The notes beneath the pieces were generated by a model. That model did not search any database. It saw only the letters and a program-made list of their open reading frames with translations, and was not told where the DNA came from. DNA of 63,999 bases, counting the filler, from Stramenopiles sp. TOSAG23-2 (lineage: Eukaryota): NCBI GenBank assembly GCA_900128395.1. It is 3 parts of 3 records of this genome, joined end to end, with 100 filler letters (N's around TTAATTAATTAA, not from the genome) between each part and the next. Parts side by side here need not be neighbours in the genome. Positions count along the whole stretch, not along the records: positions 47,206 to 63,999 come from LT649666.1; 2 more parts are not named here. One strand, written 5' to 3'. Of the stretch, positions 47,206 to 60,639 are shown piece after piece. Position numbers and translations under genes: made by a program. Each line of letters begins with the position of its first letter. Positions within the stretch are counted from its first letter, which is position 1.

Positions 47206-47678
47206 AATTAATATTATTTTTATATAATTATGGTTAAAAAAATATTTATATTATAATATATATATATATTTTTAAAAATATAAACCATCTTTCAGTTTAG
47301 TGGAGATAGATATTATTTGTCTCAGTTAATTGTATTCTTTCTGTAGAGTATCATAGGAATTATCATGAGTAAATTAAAAAATAAGTTATGCATTAATTAA
47401 TTATTACGACATTCGTATTAAATTTTAAAAATATACTCGTATTTTTTACTCGTATATATAATTTTTAAAAAAAAATACGACTCGTACGTTCGTTCGTATT
47501 TTTTTATAATACACCGGTATAAAATATTTAAATTTTACGCGTAATAAAAAATAAAAAAAGTGAGATATCTCATATATATACGGAGTCGTAGTTAATATTG
47601 CTATCATAACTATGATTTTACAATGATATTGAAAAAAAGTCTCGTAAGAAATATCGCCCCCCCCATCATTTCTTTTTT

Positions 47679-49670
47679 TTATCTCTTTTTCCTACCACCA
47701 CCGTTTGGACTACTGGAAAGTCTCCCTCGATTCTTACCTCTTCCACCACTACTACCAAACTTATTATTATTTCTTCGTGGACGAGAGGGTTGCCTTTTCC
47801 TGGAAGAAGCCCGATTGCTGTTACTATCATTTCCACTGAATATACTTGCATCTTCATCCTCTTCCAATGCAGCACGTTCAATTGCTTCAGCAATTCGATT
47901 AGCATTTGCTTCTTGCAATTTGACAACTGCAATTGCTTCTTCTTTCAAGGCTTTGATGGAATATATTGGCGATGGTGCACGTCCACGCATGCGATTACTG
48001 ACCATATCATTTGCTTTGACTTCTTGTGCCATTTGATTCATATCTTCTATGTTCGGTAAATGTCTTGGTTTTGTTACGGAGCCAAATGGTGATGTTCTAT
48101 CCCTTTGGGATCGATCAAGGGATTGTGTTAAAAACAATGATTTATTTCCATTCTCTAAAGACTGCTGTGCATAGGTACCTGATGTATTTCTACGTTCCTT
48201 TCGGTCATTTAAATTATTACATATATTCGCAAGGTCTACAATTCGCTGTTCAATTGAACCCAGCAATGGCATGATATTCAGTTCGTTTACACCATTATCT
48301 ATACGTGCACTTAGATTATCGCAGCCAAGTATATTAAATAATTTTAAAAGTAACGGTGCCAATGACAGCATTTGTTTTCTTCGCTTCTCTAAGTCTTGGT
48401 TTTCAGCAATAACTTTTTGTTGGGTCTGTACGACACGATCACGCACTCGGTCTATATGCACTACACGTCCTTTTTTTCGACTACGTTCTTGTGCCACAGC
48501 TGAACGTATGGCGCGTCTTATGTTTTTATTTTCAATTTCATATTCTTCTATATCTCCATTTAATGCATTTAGTTGCTCCATTACGCGAAAATTTTGACGA
48601 TCGCTCTCGATGATGTTATCTACTAATTCATTTGTATCCTCTATCCCAGTTTCTCGTGTCATTGTCTCAAACGCTTCTTCTAAAGAATTGACTCTATTTT
48701 TTATTTCATCTAAGCGATTAACCCTAGCAGCTTTCAAAAATGAACCCTTATATTTCGACGAAGTAAAAAACTTGTTGGACATCTTCTGCAAAGCATTTCC
48801 ACCCCCTTTTCCGGAATTTGATATAGGGGAGCCAGATGGCGAATTTCTCTTCTTCTTCATTTTATTCGTTGGACTATCTAATAAAACAGTTTCATATTTT
48901 CTTTCCTCGGCTAATTCCTCAGCATATTGTTTTTCAAAAATTGCTATTTGTTGTTCATACTTTGCTCTAAATTCTTTATTTATTTGTTTCATTTCAATAT
49001 TTAGTTTACTTGCTTTCTCATCTGCTTCATCAAGATCTTCTATGTTGGACTCTATGTCAAGTTTTAATGTTTTTACTGCATCATCTTTTTCATATAAATC
49101 TTCTTCAATGTCTTTTAAACCTTCTTTTAAGTTTTTTAACTCCAGCCTACCTTGATCAATTCCAGCGCGTAGCTGTTTATGTCGAAGTTTCCCCATGCTT
49201 TTTTTCCCACGCAGCTGTTCTATTTGCCTTTTTAATTTTTCAATTTTTCTTGGATACGATGCGTTTTGACTTTCTTTAAGTTGTCTTAAATTAGCACTTT
49301 TTAATTTATACAATGTGCTTGACAATTTTATTAGTTGCTCATCTATCATATCTATATTATTTTGATTTCTTTTCATATCGGTTGCGAGCCGATTATTGGA
49401 CGCTTTTAGACTGACTAAGCTCAAAACATCTGTTGTCATACGAATTTCTCCTTGCGATAGTGAGTTGTATAATGCAGTTTGTTCATTCTTTTGGTCTTTG
49501 TTTTTCTGTTCTCTTGCGCGTTGGGCACGTAATAAATTCTCTCTTTGTCGTTGTTTTTTTTGTTCCGCCAAACGCCCAATTTCGTTATATCGCGCCTCAG
49601 CTGCTTTTACATGCAAAGAGTTTTGAAATCTTGCTTTATATATAAATGCCTTTGTTGAACTATCTGCCAT
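47679..49670 (-). CDS. outer dynein arm docking complex subunit-like coiled-coil protein (ODAD1/CCDC63 family)
   Basis: long coiled coil; EEAF..ETGIEDTNELV..QNF..LNALNGDIE; NIMPLLGSIEQR. Confidence 0.72.
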   Translation of the reverse strand: MADSSTKAFIYKARFQNSLHVKAAEARYNEIGRLAEQKKQRQRENLLRAQRAREQKNKDQKNEQTALYNSLSQGEIRMTTDVLSLVSLKASNNRLATDMKRNQNNIDMIDEQLIKLSSTLYKLKSANLRQLKESQNASYPRKIEKLKRQIEQLRGKKSMGKLRHKQLRAGIDQGRLELKNLKEGLKDIEEDLYEKDDAVKTLKLDIESNIEDLDEADEKASKLNIEMKQINKEFRAKYEQQIAIFEKQYAEELAEERKYETVLLDSPTNKMKKKRNSPSGSPISNSGKGGGNALQKMSNKFFTSSKYKGSFLKAARVNRLDEIKNRVNSLEEAFETMTRETGIEDTNELVDNIIESDRQNFRVMEQLNALNGDIEEYEIENKNIRRAIRSAVAQERSRKKGRVVHIDRVRDRVVQTQQKVIAENQDLEKRRKQMLSLAPLLLKLFNILGCDNLSARIDNGVNELNIMPLLGSIEQRIVDLANICNNLNDRKERRNTSGTYAQQSLENGNKSLFLTQSLDRSQRDRTSPFGSVTKPRHLPNIEDMNQMAQEVKANDMVSNRMRGRAPSPIYSIKALKEEAIAVVKLQEANANRIAEAIERAALEEDEDASIFSGNDSNSNRASSRKRQPSRPRRNNNKFGSSGGRGKNRGRLSSSPNGGGRKKR

Positions 49671-50069
49671 CCTTATATTATATTATGTACTGCATACATA
49701 AATTGGCCAAACAGAGAAATGTATAAATAAAAAATATTACAAGATAAATTCATTGCGTGTTCATTATTATATTGTTTGTTGAACTATCTGCCATCCTTAT
49801 ATTATATTATGTACTGCATACATAAATTGGCCAAACAGAGAAATGTATAAATAAAAAATATTACAAGATAAATTCATTGCGTGTTCATTATTATATTGTT
49901 TTCTATAGACTATAATAAACGTATTAATATCACAGGTGGTATATATATATGTAATATAGTAGTAGTAGTATATTAATAGTAGTAATTAAACCAATAGAGC
50001 TAATAATAAAATAGGTGCAATCTGGCAAACCAGCAAAATAGCGCTATATATCAGGAATACAGTAATAAT

Positions 50070-50165
50070 AATGCCAGGAATGCTGGAATGCTGGAATGCT
50101 GGAATGCCAGAATGCTGGAATGATGATGGATGAAGAATGCCAGGATGCCTGGAATGCCAGAATGC
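50070..50165. repeat. degenerate GGAATGCT 8-mer minisatellite
   Basis: about 10 GGAATGCT/AGAATGCC-like units. Confidence 0.8.
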
Positions 50166-51273
50166 AATGGTAATCGCGTAGTAATGAAAGCGGTCGTATT
50201 GTGTAAGCAATGACTCAACAAGCAATACGTGTAACGTGTAACCATAATAATAGGAAGTTTTAGTATAAATGCCTGGAATGCCAGAATGCAATGGTAATCG
50301 CGTAGTAATGAAAGCGGTCGTATTGTGTAAGCAATGACTCAACAAGCAATACGTGTAACGTGTAACCATAATAATAGGAAGTTTTAGTATAACAAAAGTA
50401 ATTGTAATATATGTGTGGTTTTAAAAACCTAGGATATATATATGATTATAAAAATACCAAGCCATCCATATAAAAATCGTTAAATTATTTAACACATTAA
50501 AAAAAGATTGTGTAACTTACACTAAATGGAGATTGAATACTGTAGCGAAGTGATGCTGCGTGAATGCTGTCGTCTTGGCTGGTAGGATCGGGTTTCGTTT
50601 TTTTTAAGATTGAAGACTCGGAACTCCGCACACACAGGCTTGTATAGTATCAGAGTCCGAACTTGATAGGAAAACCCGCATTATAAAAAACACGATTGAT
50701 GCTTGATGCTTAGTTGCTTATTTCGTTTTAGCTGTTACTAGTGTAATAGGTATAGAAAAAAGATAAAGATGCCGTCCCACAAAAAGGAAACACAGATCAA
50801 AAAAAGGGGGGCTCTCGTTCACCTGAGCTTTCGTTTTTAATATGGACAGACTATTGATTAACTATTTAGTATAATATTTAAGTATTGTTATTTGTATTTC
50901 TTCTATCACATTTCGACAGGACAATTGTAAATTCCAAGAAAAATAGTCAAACTTAAGCAATATATATATATAAATATGTATATATGTATGTATTAATTTA
51001 TCCTGGACTAACCATTCAGATATATACATTATATATATATTGTATATATATAAACATAATATATTATAGATATATAGTATATATATAGATTGATAGATTT
51101 AGAAATTGTAAGACTTACATTCAAATAAGAATACGTTATACTAGTTAAAGATGAAATTTATATTGTATATATATAAACATAATATATTATAGATATATAG
51201 TATATATATAGATTGATAGATTTAGAAATTGTAAGACTTACATTCAAATAAGAATACGTTATACTAGTTAAAG

Positions 51274-54059
51274 ATGAAATTTACGATTTTTATTATTAGC
51301 ATTTTGTTGCTCTTGGCGGTATCAACACAAGGTGGTACTCTTAGAAAGAAGTCATTGGAACAAAGAGCACACGCTTTAAAGGCGTTAGTTGCTACATCAA
51401 CACCGGAAGATATTAAGCTTAGTACTATCCGATCAGAATTGAGAGAACTTGTTGCAGCTTTTTCTCATGAAAAAACGTTGTTAAGGGGCCTCGCTGCATT
51501 GAAATGTCATGCAAACGTAACCGAGAAGATATCAATAAGTGACGTAATGCAAGGTGGTTATAATACTACTGACGTTAATGTTGCTTGTGGTAAGAATACT
51601 TTATTTGGAAAAGACATACGTCGATTACATGAAATTATGATTCAATGCCCTTTAGTTATAGCAGACTACAACATGTTGCACGCGAAAATATCGAAAAATA
51701 TAGATATAGCGAAAGAGTTGAAAAGAAATTATACGAAAGCTAAGGTACGTCGATTACATGAAATTATGATTCAATGCCCTTTAGTTATAGCAGACTACAA
51801 CATGTTGCACGCGAAAATATCGAAAAATATAGATATAGCGAAAGAGTTGAAAAGAAATTATACGAAAGCTAAGGAAAACTTCGAAGTTAAACACGGTTTT
51901 ATCTTCGATAGAGAAACATATCATGGATCGGTAGTGATGAAAGTGTTAGATGGACTTATCAAGAGAGTTGATATCTTTGTTAAAAACAATTCAACGTTAG
52001 GTGTAGATGCTACACCAGAAACTGGAACTAACACCATCTCTGCACAACCAGCAACAAAGACGGAAGCGCAAAAAGCAGAATCTTTAGGCTTACTAGAAGT
52101 GAATCCTGAAAGTAATGGCAAAGGCGGTATCAAACAACTTCAATGGTTGTTACAAAGGTTACACGAACGCGTGACAGTGAAATGGGAGGGGGAAAGGAAC
52201 GAGACCGCACCATTGAAAGCAGTGTGGGCTGAGAAAGAAGCAAAATTTATGACCGCAGTTAATAAAATCAAAAATAAAGTAAATCGACTCAGGGATTTGG
52301 AAAAAGAAAGAAAGAAGCGGATGGATATCTGTACTTGTAAAACACGCACTGGAATGGGAAATTTCGATTCCATAGATCCTGCAGTTTATCAAATTATGTC
52401 AGCAAAATTATTGATAACAGATTCAGATAAGAATGACACAGTCGTGGACCCACAAGATCCTTCAGAAAATATAGATAAAGATGATGAAACTGGACCTTCC
52501 AGCTCTACTGGTCCCCATGGTCATGCAAAGGTATGTCCACCACCGTCCCCGGCAGATTTTCAAAAAGCAAAATCACACGAAGACAAATATATGATTATGT
52601 TTGAATACTTCCTTTGCAAAGCTGACAGTAAGTAAATTCTTTAATTTTTAAAAACTTCTATATCTAGAGGTATTATAAATATATTAAAACAGTTTTCCAT
52701 TTCTTTTTTAGAAAAATCTTTTTACTAACAACGACCAATTGTCTTTAAAATGAAATTGCATATCATACAGCAAATGGTGATGGCAAAATAAGCGTCGATG
52801 AAGTTAAGGCCGCTGCTAAGAAAGAGCCTCCTGGTAAAGGACCTACACCAGAAACGATCGAACAATTAAAGAAACACGCAGGCGCAGATGGAAAAATGGA
52901 TAAAGCAGAGTTCTTCAAATATATGAAAGAACTGTTGGCAGCGAATGCTGGAACTTCTAATTCTGTTTGCCCTGCATGCGATACGAAAAATCAATATTGC
53001 AATACCGAGACGAAGAAATGCCAAGATAAACATAATGATAACGATGTTTGCACAAAAGACGAGAATTGTTATCATATTTGCATGCACGGCAAATGTCAAG
53101 CTGAAAAAATAGTTGGTGAATCCTGCACTGAAGAGAGAGAATGCACTACCCACAATGCATATTGCGACACTACAGCCAAAGCATGCAAGTACAGGCATGT
53201 TAAACATATGGAGTGCACAAACAATAAACAAGTATATCAGGGCCACTATTGCCAAGGTGGATATGTGCATGAATACAAAGTAGAAGGAGAACAATGTGAT
53301 AGTACCGAGAATAGATGTGATCCTGATCGTATATTGACATGCACTAATGGTGTATGTAAGGCATATGCCTCATTCCTTGAAGTTCTTGCTGCTCCTCCTT
53401 TTCTTGATGAAGCGTTTAGACCAGAAATCTGTGTAGCACAAGCATTAAATTATACCAATGTAGCAGTTAAAAATGCAGTTCAAACTCACAATCATTATGT
53501 AGAACAATACAAAGTATTGCAACAAAATCTTCAAGACATGAGAGATATTGCAGGTAATTTGAGTTTGACAGTATTGCCAAAAATGCTTTTGCCAACACTA
53601 AAAGCAGTAGATGAAGTATTCGACGATACATTAATGCATAAAACAATGCTTGCCGAATCAGATACGCAATCTTGGATGGTTACCCAAAAGGATTACTTTC
53701 ATGATTTTAAACGTTATTATAAATTTAAACCAGTCGGCAAAACACAACAAGTAGAGCTTACTTTTGAAACGATAGATTTAGAATGTAAATACAGTCAGGT
53801 TCTATATTATGAGTCAAATGATTGTGACGATAATGCGGCTAAACAAGCGATGTTTAAAAAAGATGCCCCTAGAGTTTGTAATACAGTTAATGCAAACGGT
53901 GGAAAGCGTTTCCCATTCACACAAGGACCAGTTCAACTACAGGGTAAATGTATTTATGTGAAATTGTATTCTGATTTTTTAGTGGATAATAATAGTTATG
54001 AATTGCACAAGGAGAGAAACTTCAAAGGGGTTATAGCAAATTATCAAATGGTGAATTAA
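51274..54059 (+). CDS. secreted multidomain protein (coiled coil, EF-hand pair, Cys-rich repeats, CUB-like domain), 2 exons (51274-52627, 52771-54059)
   Basis: GTAAGT 52628, TACTAAC 52723-29, CAG 52770; splicing creates EF-hand DTNGDGKISVDE in frame with ORF 52896; includes an in-frame 129-bp duplication. Confidence 0.8.
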
Positions 54060-54238
54060 AATATGAATTGTGATGTGCATGTCTATCATAACATTTAAAA
54101 ATATAAATAAAAGTAGGAGTTAGAGAAGAAAAGACATATCTATAAAATATAATATATATTATATTATATTATTAATAGAGAGATTGGAAAAAATAGTTTA
54201 AAATAAAATATTATATCATTAAAATATATATATATAAA

Positions 54239-55315
54239 GGAACCGTCGCATTAACAACGTTTTTTAACCTGCTTGGAATTAACAAATTCCCAAAGACAAT
54301 GCACCATGTACTACGTAATCTGCGAACTTTTTATATTGTAAAAAAAACGGATGAAGAAGGAAAGACCACAGCAGTTAGGCCAATTGGAGCACGTTGCATC
54401 ATATCTCGTATCTTCAATAGATGTATCAGTTACCAATACAGAGATCTACTACGGTCCATAATGGGCAAAACGGATGAAGAAGGAAAGACCACAGCAGTTA
54501 GGCCAATTGGAGCACGTTGCATCATATCTCGTATCTTCAATAGATGTATCAGTTACCAATACAGAGATCTACTACGGTCCATAATGGGCATTAACAACTG
54601 CGCATTGGACATAGTTGGTTGTGAAAAAATAGCAAAAGCAGTTACTGTTGTATTAGAAGCTAATCCACAGCATGTTCTATTACTTCCAGACATAATCAAC
54701 GCCTTCAATGCAATAAGACGAAAATTGTCTGTACAAAGGTTAATGGAAGCAGTTCCACAAATGACACCAGCCCTGCGATACTCCTATCAAGTATTTGCGG
54801 CGTTAATTGAATCGGTAGACCAATTAGACGATCGAGATAGTATGGGAGAATCACAAACAGGCTTCACACAGGGTGACCCAGCAGCATCAGGCGGTTTTTC
54901 ATTAAACCACGCAAAATTCCTAATGGATCCACTTCGAAAATTTGCCAAGGCAATTGAATCCATTTTATCGCCCGAGGAACAAACTTTTCTAGCAGCACTT
55001 TGCGATGACACCACGTTAGCTGGACCACCAGCTACAGTTGTTACGCTATACTTGAAGCTACGAAAAATGGCCAAAGAAATCTATAATTTGGACTTCCATC
55101 AAGGTTCCAAATGCAAAGCATATTCACCTGCAAGATCAGCTAGTGAATTACAACAAGTTCTAGCAGAGGAACAAAGTAAAGCCATTATGGCCGACCCCAG
55201 TTTAGCAGAGTACGCAATACAATTTAATTGCGCAAACAACGATGATGGCATCACAATCATCGATAAATCTAACGGTACTCGTTCATTAGGAGTCCCAATC
55301 GGATCAGACGAGAGC
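54239..55315 (+). mobile_element. truncated non-LTR retrotransposon reverse transcriptase fragment (CRE/SLACS-like)
   Basis: RPIG, DIINAFN..R, GFTQGDP, LCDD at the YxDD position, SLGVPIG; abrupt composition change at both ends. Confidence 0.8.
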
Positions 55316-56097
55316 TTTACTATAGTAGGATACCATAAAATTCTTGCGATTGAGTATTGAGCATATTACTTAACACGAGAAGTGTAAAATTATTATAACT
55401 TAGATTTTAACCGTCATAATATATATGTGTTTTTCTTTTACTCATATGTTATTCTTGCGATTGAGTATTGAGCATATTACTTAACACGAGAAGTGTAAAA
55501 TTATTATAACTTAGATTTTAACCGTCATAATATATATGTGTTTTTCTTTTACTCATATGTTATATAAAATTCTTTTACTCCCGTTTATTAACATCTCAAA
55601 TCAAAAATGATTTATAAATTTTAGTAAAAATTATTTAGTATTCAAAAGAAGGTTCCTCTGTCTGTGTATATATTATATATATATATATAGATATATATAT
55701 ATATATAATATCATTAAAATAAATACGAAGAGTACCTCGTATGATATATAATATATATATAAAAATATTATTTTTATATACGTATTACGTATTAAATTTT
55801 AACCACATCATTTTTATTAAATTTTTAAAAATAATATGGTCATAAAATTATCAAATATCAAGATATAAAATTTTTGCTTTATAGACAGTAGATATCTAAA
55901 ATTGTGTGTTCTACCGAACCATATCAAAATATTCTCTCTGTTACACTCACATATGTCAATTTTTTTACATCTCTCTCTATATCAACTGAAGACATAGAAT
56001 AAATACTCGTCTTTAACTTCATGCTCATTCTTGACATGGGTTATTTTTCCATCTCTCACTAGCATATTTAAAATATCATTTTACATCTCTCTCTATA

Positions 56098-58328
56098 TCA
56101 ACTGAAGACATAGAATAAATACTCGTCTTTAAATTCATGCTCATTCTTGACATGGGTTATTTTTCCATCTCTCACTAGCATATTTAAAATATCAATGCCT
56201 TCCTCTTTACTTTCAATCATATCTTGCTCTACTAAAAACTTTAACACTGCATTTCCGATAAAACAATTACGATATTGAGCACCATAGTAATATCGATTTA
56301 ATATTAATTTGTTCAATGGATCAGCAATTGCTGCTATAATATCATATTTTTTAACATGTAGAAGGTCCTCCTCATTTTCCATTAAACTTTTAAGTATGTT
56401 GATTATTTCATTAGCACTAATACGTTCTTCTGGTTTTGCACACCAGGTTTTCTCCAATAAAGCCTTTATTTTTATATTTGTACCTTCTGGTATGATTGGT
56501 CGACCTCCAGATAAAACGAATTTTTCAATCTCCGAATTAAATCTAATATCATCATATGGCGAATTACCAGTTAAAATTTCCCATAAAACAATACCTAAAG
56601 AATATATATCTGAATGTTCAGTATATTCCTGCTTCATAATGACTTCTGGAGCCGCCCATTGCAAGGTACCAACTATCGGATCATTATTATCTATATTAGT
56701 GTAATTTAAACTGCCATAATTTTGTCTAGCCTTTGCTTTGTTATTATTACCAAGCGCAATTGTACTTCTTGTAAGGCCCATATCCGCAAGTTTTACTACA
56801 TTATTCTTCATCAAAAAATTCAAGGACTTCACATCCCGATGGCATAGCGATGGTTGTCGATCGTGTAAATATTTTAAAGCACGTGTACAATCAATTGCTA
56901 GCTTTAAAAATTCAGAGATTGAAGTTTTTGATTGCCTTGACAATTTGCCAAATAAACTTTCATCGCAAAGTTCTAAAACAATTCCTAATGCCGGCGGTGC
57001 TACACAAACACCTTTTATTTCAATAATATTTGGATGAGAGTCACACAAGTTCATTAATACTTTAGATTCACAAAAGAAATCCTCCACCACTGTTCTTGTA
57101 ATTTCAATGCAATATAATAATTTCACAGCAATATTCTCATTTTTATATTTGCCTTTATAAACACGCGCGGAACCCCCGACACCAACAATACAACTTTCTT
57201 GCAATGCTAAATCACGAAAATCAATTAAAAATTCTTGATTCGCATTTGCTAACGTATCAACTTGTTCAAGTATAATATCTGTTGATTCAGTATCAATTTC
57301 TATACCAAGTAACGGGATTCGCATTTGCTAACGTATCAACTTGTTCAAGTATAATATCTGTTGATTCAGTATCAATTTCTATACCAAGTAACGGGGAATG
57401 TAACGCACTTCGAGTTTCAAAACTAGTCGAGCGAGGTTCATTGTTGCTACTATTTATTTTACTGAGCTTTTTACGTCGTTGATAACGTTTGCTATGACGC
57501 ACGGCCCTTAAAATATCTTCCCCCCTCCAATATGAACTATCTTTGGCAAATGTCTGATATAAAATATATGGTTGAAAGATGGTAAAAATAACAGTTTCAA
57601 AAGTAAAATGGATGCATGGAGCTACTGGGCTGTCTAATAAACTCATGATTGAAGCAATTAATCCACCAAACCTAACGACCACCCAAAAACGAGCATATAT
57701 ATAAACTGCTGTTCTTCTAAATAAACAAGCGGATGGAGCAAATGCTATAAACGAATAAAATGTAAACATAATAATATTCCACAAAATTGCAGGAATATTA
57801 TCAGTAATAGTTCCTTGTGATTTCGAACCAGAATGCAATCTCGACATTGCAATGCAGATCACTGTAACTAATGAAAACAATGTCGTGTATTTAATACCAG
57901 CAAGATAGGATTTTAAACCGATGCCTTTTTGCAACAACATGATCGCAACACCATCAATAAACATATGCCAAATTCCCCATATTATTCCTACAATCAAACT
58001 TATATATATCCCCCCCCCCGTATCTTTTCGACTTTGTTAACGGTAGGTTTGGTTCTGCCACTAAAACTACAATCGTTATAATCGCAATGGCAAAATTAAA
58101 TTTAAAAAACAAAACATATGGTGGCAATATGTTAGAACGTTTTACGAAAGAGCCATTTCTACCATTATTGTCCATATAAAAAAATTTTCCAATGTAGTAA
58201 TACCATAGTAAACAAAAAAGCAATCCAATGGCTTGCAATGTACTCCATAAAAGATGACTGAAAAATGGATGATATTGAGATGAACACGCAGGAAATGGTA
58301 ACTGTGATGGCGCTACATCAATAGTCAT
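56098..58328 (-). CDS. 7TM receptor-TKL kinase-DEP fusion, broken by a G-run frameshift (58010-19) and a 79-bp duplication (57237-57393)
   Basis: three ORFs join; about 7 TM; GVGGSARV, AVK, HRDVKSLN, DMG, WAAPE; DEP-like YRNCFIG..ITHVKNEHEFKDEYLFYVF. Confidence 0.8.
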
Positions 58329-58850
58329 GATTTACAATGTGATTAAATATTTCACCAATGAATATATATATATACATATATATATATATTTGTAGCGATA
58401 AACTCCCAGAACCTTTTTTCCTATTATTATTATATATCGTCTCATTTGAATTTAATAATGTAAATGTAATTAACTTTTTTTATTATTATTATTATGCCTT
58501 CAACATAATTTCCCAGCCACTCCAGCACTGGCACACCACCATCATCACAACCATCAATATACTATACTTATAGTACAATGGTCAAATATGATAGGGGATG
58601 GTTACAATCCGATTATGTATATGTATTTTATTATGGTTGCTATTTGCTATGATAGATTTTTTAGAAGAACAATTATCATAGAAAGAGTCTGACGACGCAG
58701 ACTACAATTATCATATTATTTGCAACTTTTTTATTAATATTATTATATTTTAATTTATGATATTATTACTGTAATATTTTGTGTTGAAGCACAATTATTA
58801 TTTAGCAATAAATTTCTATTTCGAAAAAACTTCTTTCTGTTTTTTTTCCA

Positions 58851-60085
58851 TCAGTTTCGACGCATCTGCGATGGTAATTTCTTTTCTTTATTTGCAATGC
58901 TTTTTGATGCCTTTCCTTTACTTTCTAAAACTGGCACAATTTCTTGATAACCAGCTTCATAGGCTAAATGCAATGCTTGTTTGGAGCATCATATGTATAT
59001 ATATACGATTCTTTTCTTTATTTGCAATGCTTTTTGATGCCTTTCCTTTACTTTCTAAAATTTGCACAATTTCTTGATAACCAGCTTCATAGGCTAAATG
59101 CAATGCTTGTTTGGAGCATCATATGTATATATATACGATCAATGTGTTAGAAAGTATATCTTTTATAGGTTTCGGGATTATCTAGAATTATTATAGATTT
59201 TAGGTTTAGGGGAATAGAATTTACTTACCCGTATTGCCTGATGCATCTTGTAAATTAATTTCAATTTTATCTGGTGATATTTATTGATTTACAATGTCCG
59301 AACAGCCAATCATGACGCTCTTCATTAATGGTGTTGTTTTCCCACGTTTAGCTTGTACGTTTAACCGTATTGCCTGATGCATCTTGTAAATTAATTTCAA
59401 TTTTATCTGTTGATATGAGTTGATTTACAATGTCCGAACAGCCAATCATGACGCTCTTCATTAATGGTGTTGTTTTCCCACGTTTAGCTTGTACGTTTAA
59501 ATCCTTCGTTTTTGGTATTAATATAGATGCAATTATTTCATTTTTTTTCACATAATGTAGTGCTATTTGTCCATTATCATTTTTCAAATTCACATTACAT
59601 AAATATTTTTCAACTAATAATTTTACAACTTCTAAATGACCTGAAGATGTTGCAGAATGTAGTGGCGTCCAACCCCCATCATCTTTTTTATTTACAACTT
59701 TTGCACGCTGTTCATCCGTTTCCAATTGACCTAACAAAAATTCGAATACACTTGCATGACCACCAGCAGCAGCCCAATGAATTGGTGTTCTACCATCCTC
59801 ATCTCTTGACGTAACCTTAGATGTTTTCTGATTTAATCTTAAAATACACATAGCTTGATTTCCTGCGTATGCGGCCATATGAAGTGTTTCATCTTCACCT
59901 TCACCTATATGAAATGCATTTTGCGTTTTCTTTTGATTATTATTATTATTATTATTAATACACATAGCTTGATTTCCTGCGTATGCGGCCATATGAAGTG
60001 TTTCATCTTCACCTTCACCTATATGAAATGCATTTTGCGTTTTCTTTTGATTATTATTATTATTATTATTACTTTTTGACGTCAT
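58851..60085 (-). CDS. ankyrin-repeat protein (gankyrin/PSMD10-like), intron 59106-59228, three duplications inside
   Basis: GRTPIHWAA, GWTPLHSA; GTAAGT donor, CTAAC branch point and AAG acceptor restore GNT-ALHLA; stop at 58851-53. Confidence 0.75.
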
Positions 60086-60639
60086 ATTATTTGTCTTTTG
60101 TTCAAACTATCTACTGTTATATACATATGCACATATTTCAATTAACTTTAACAATTTAAATTATTAATAATTTATTTCCATCATAATTATAATAATAATA
60201 ATAATAATAGGTGCATATCTTAATCTGGCAATATTAATAACTCTTCTTGGGAATAATTTCACGATGAATTTAAATTTTGTTCCCCGTCCATCGCGATCAC
60301 CAGAAATACAGTATTATTATACTACCAGGTAGAGTATAATATCAAGTCTACGAGGATTAATTACATATACATCTTTAACTTTATTATTAGTGGAATGAAT
60401 TTAAATTATTATTATAGTCTAATAACACCCCTAACCAATTAACATATAATATACATAAACATAGATAGATATATAAACAAAATACCATACATGGATGCTC
60501 ATAACATAAATAGGTAATACCTAATTAGGACTTGTTTTGTTTCCAAGAAATTTCATTCAGAGGTTTTATAAGAATATATATATATATATATATATACCTA
60601 GTATATATAAAATAAATAAGTTATAAAAAAAAGGCAACC

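Noticed and set aside
50070-50165. GGAATGCT repeats as telomere
   Set aside because: Short, degenerate, interstitial and unlike TTAGGG/TTTAGGG
51617-51874. 43-aa protein repeat
   Set aside because: Identical at DNA level and part of the contig-wide duplication artefact series
54299-55360. RT as part of a DGR or retron explaining the A-free tract
   Set aside because: Different contig; motifs are non-LTR type; the duplications are not adenine-specific TR/VR pairs
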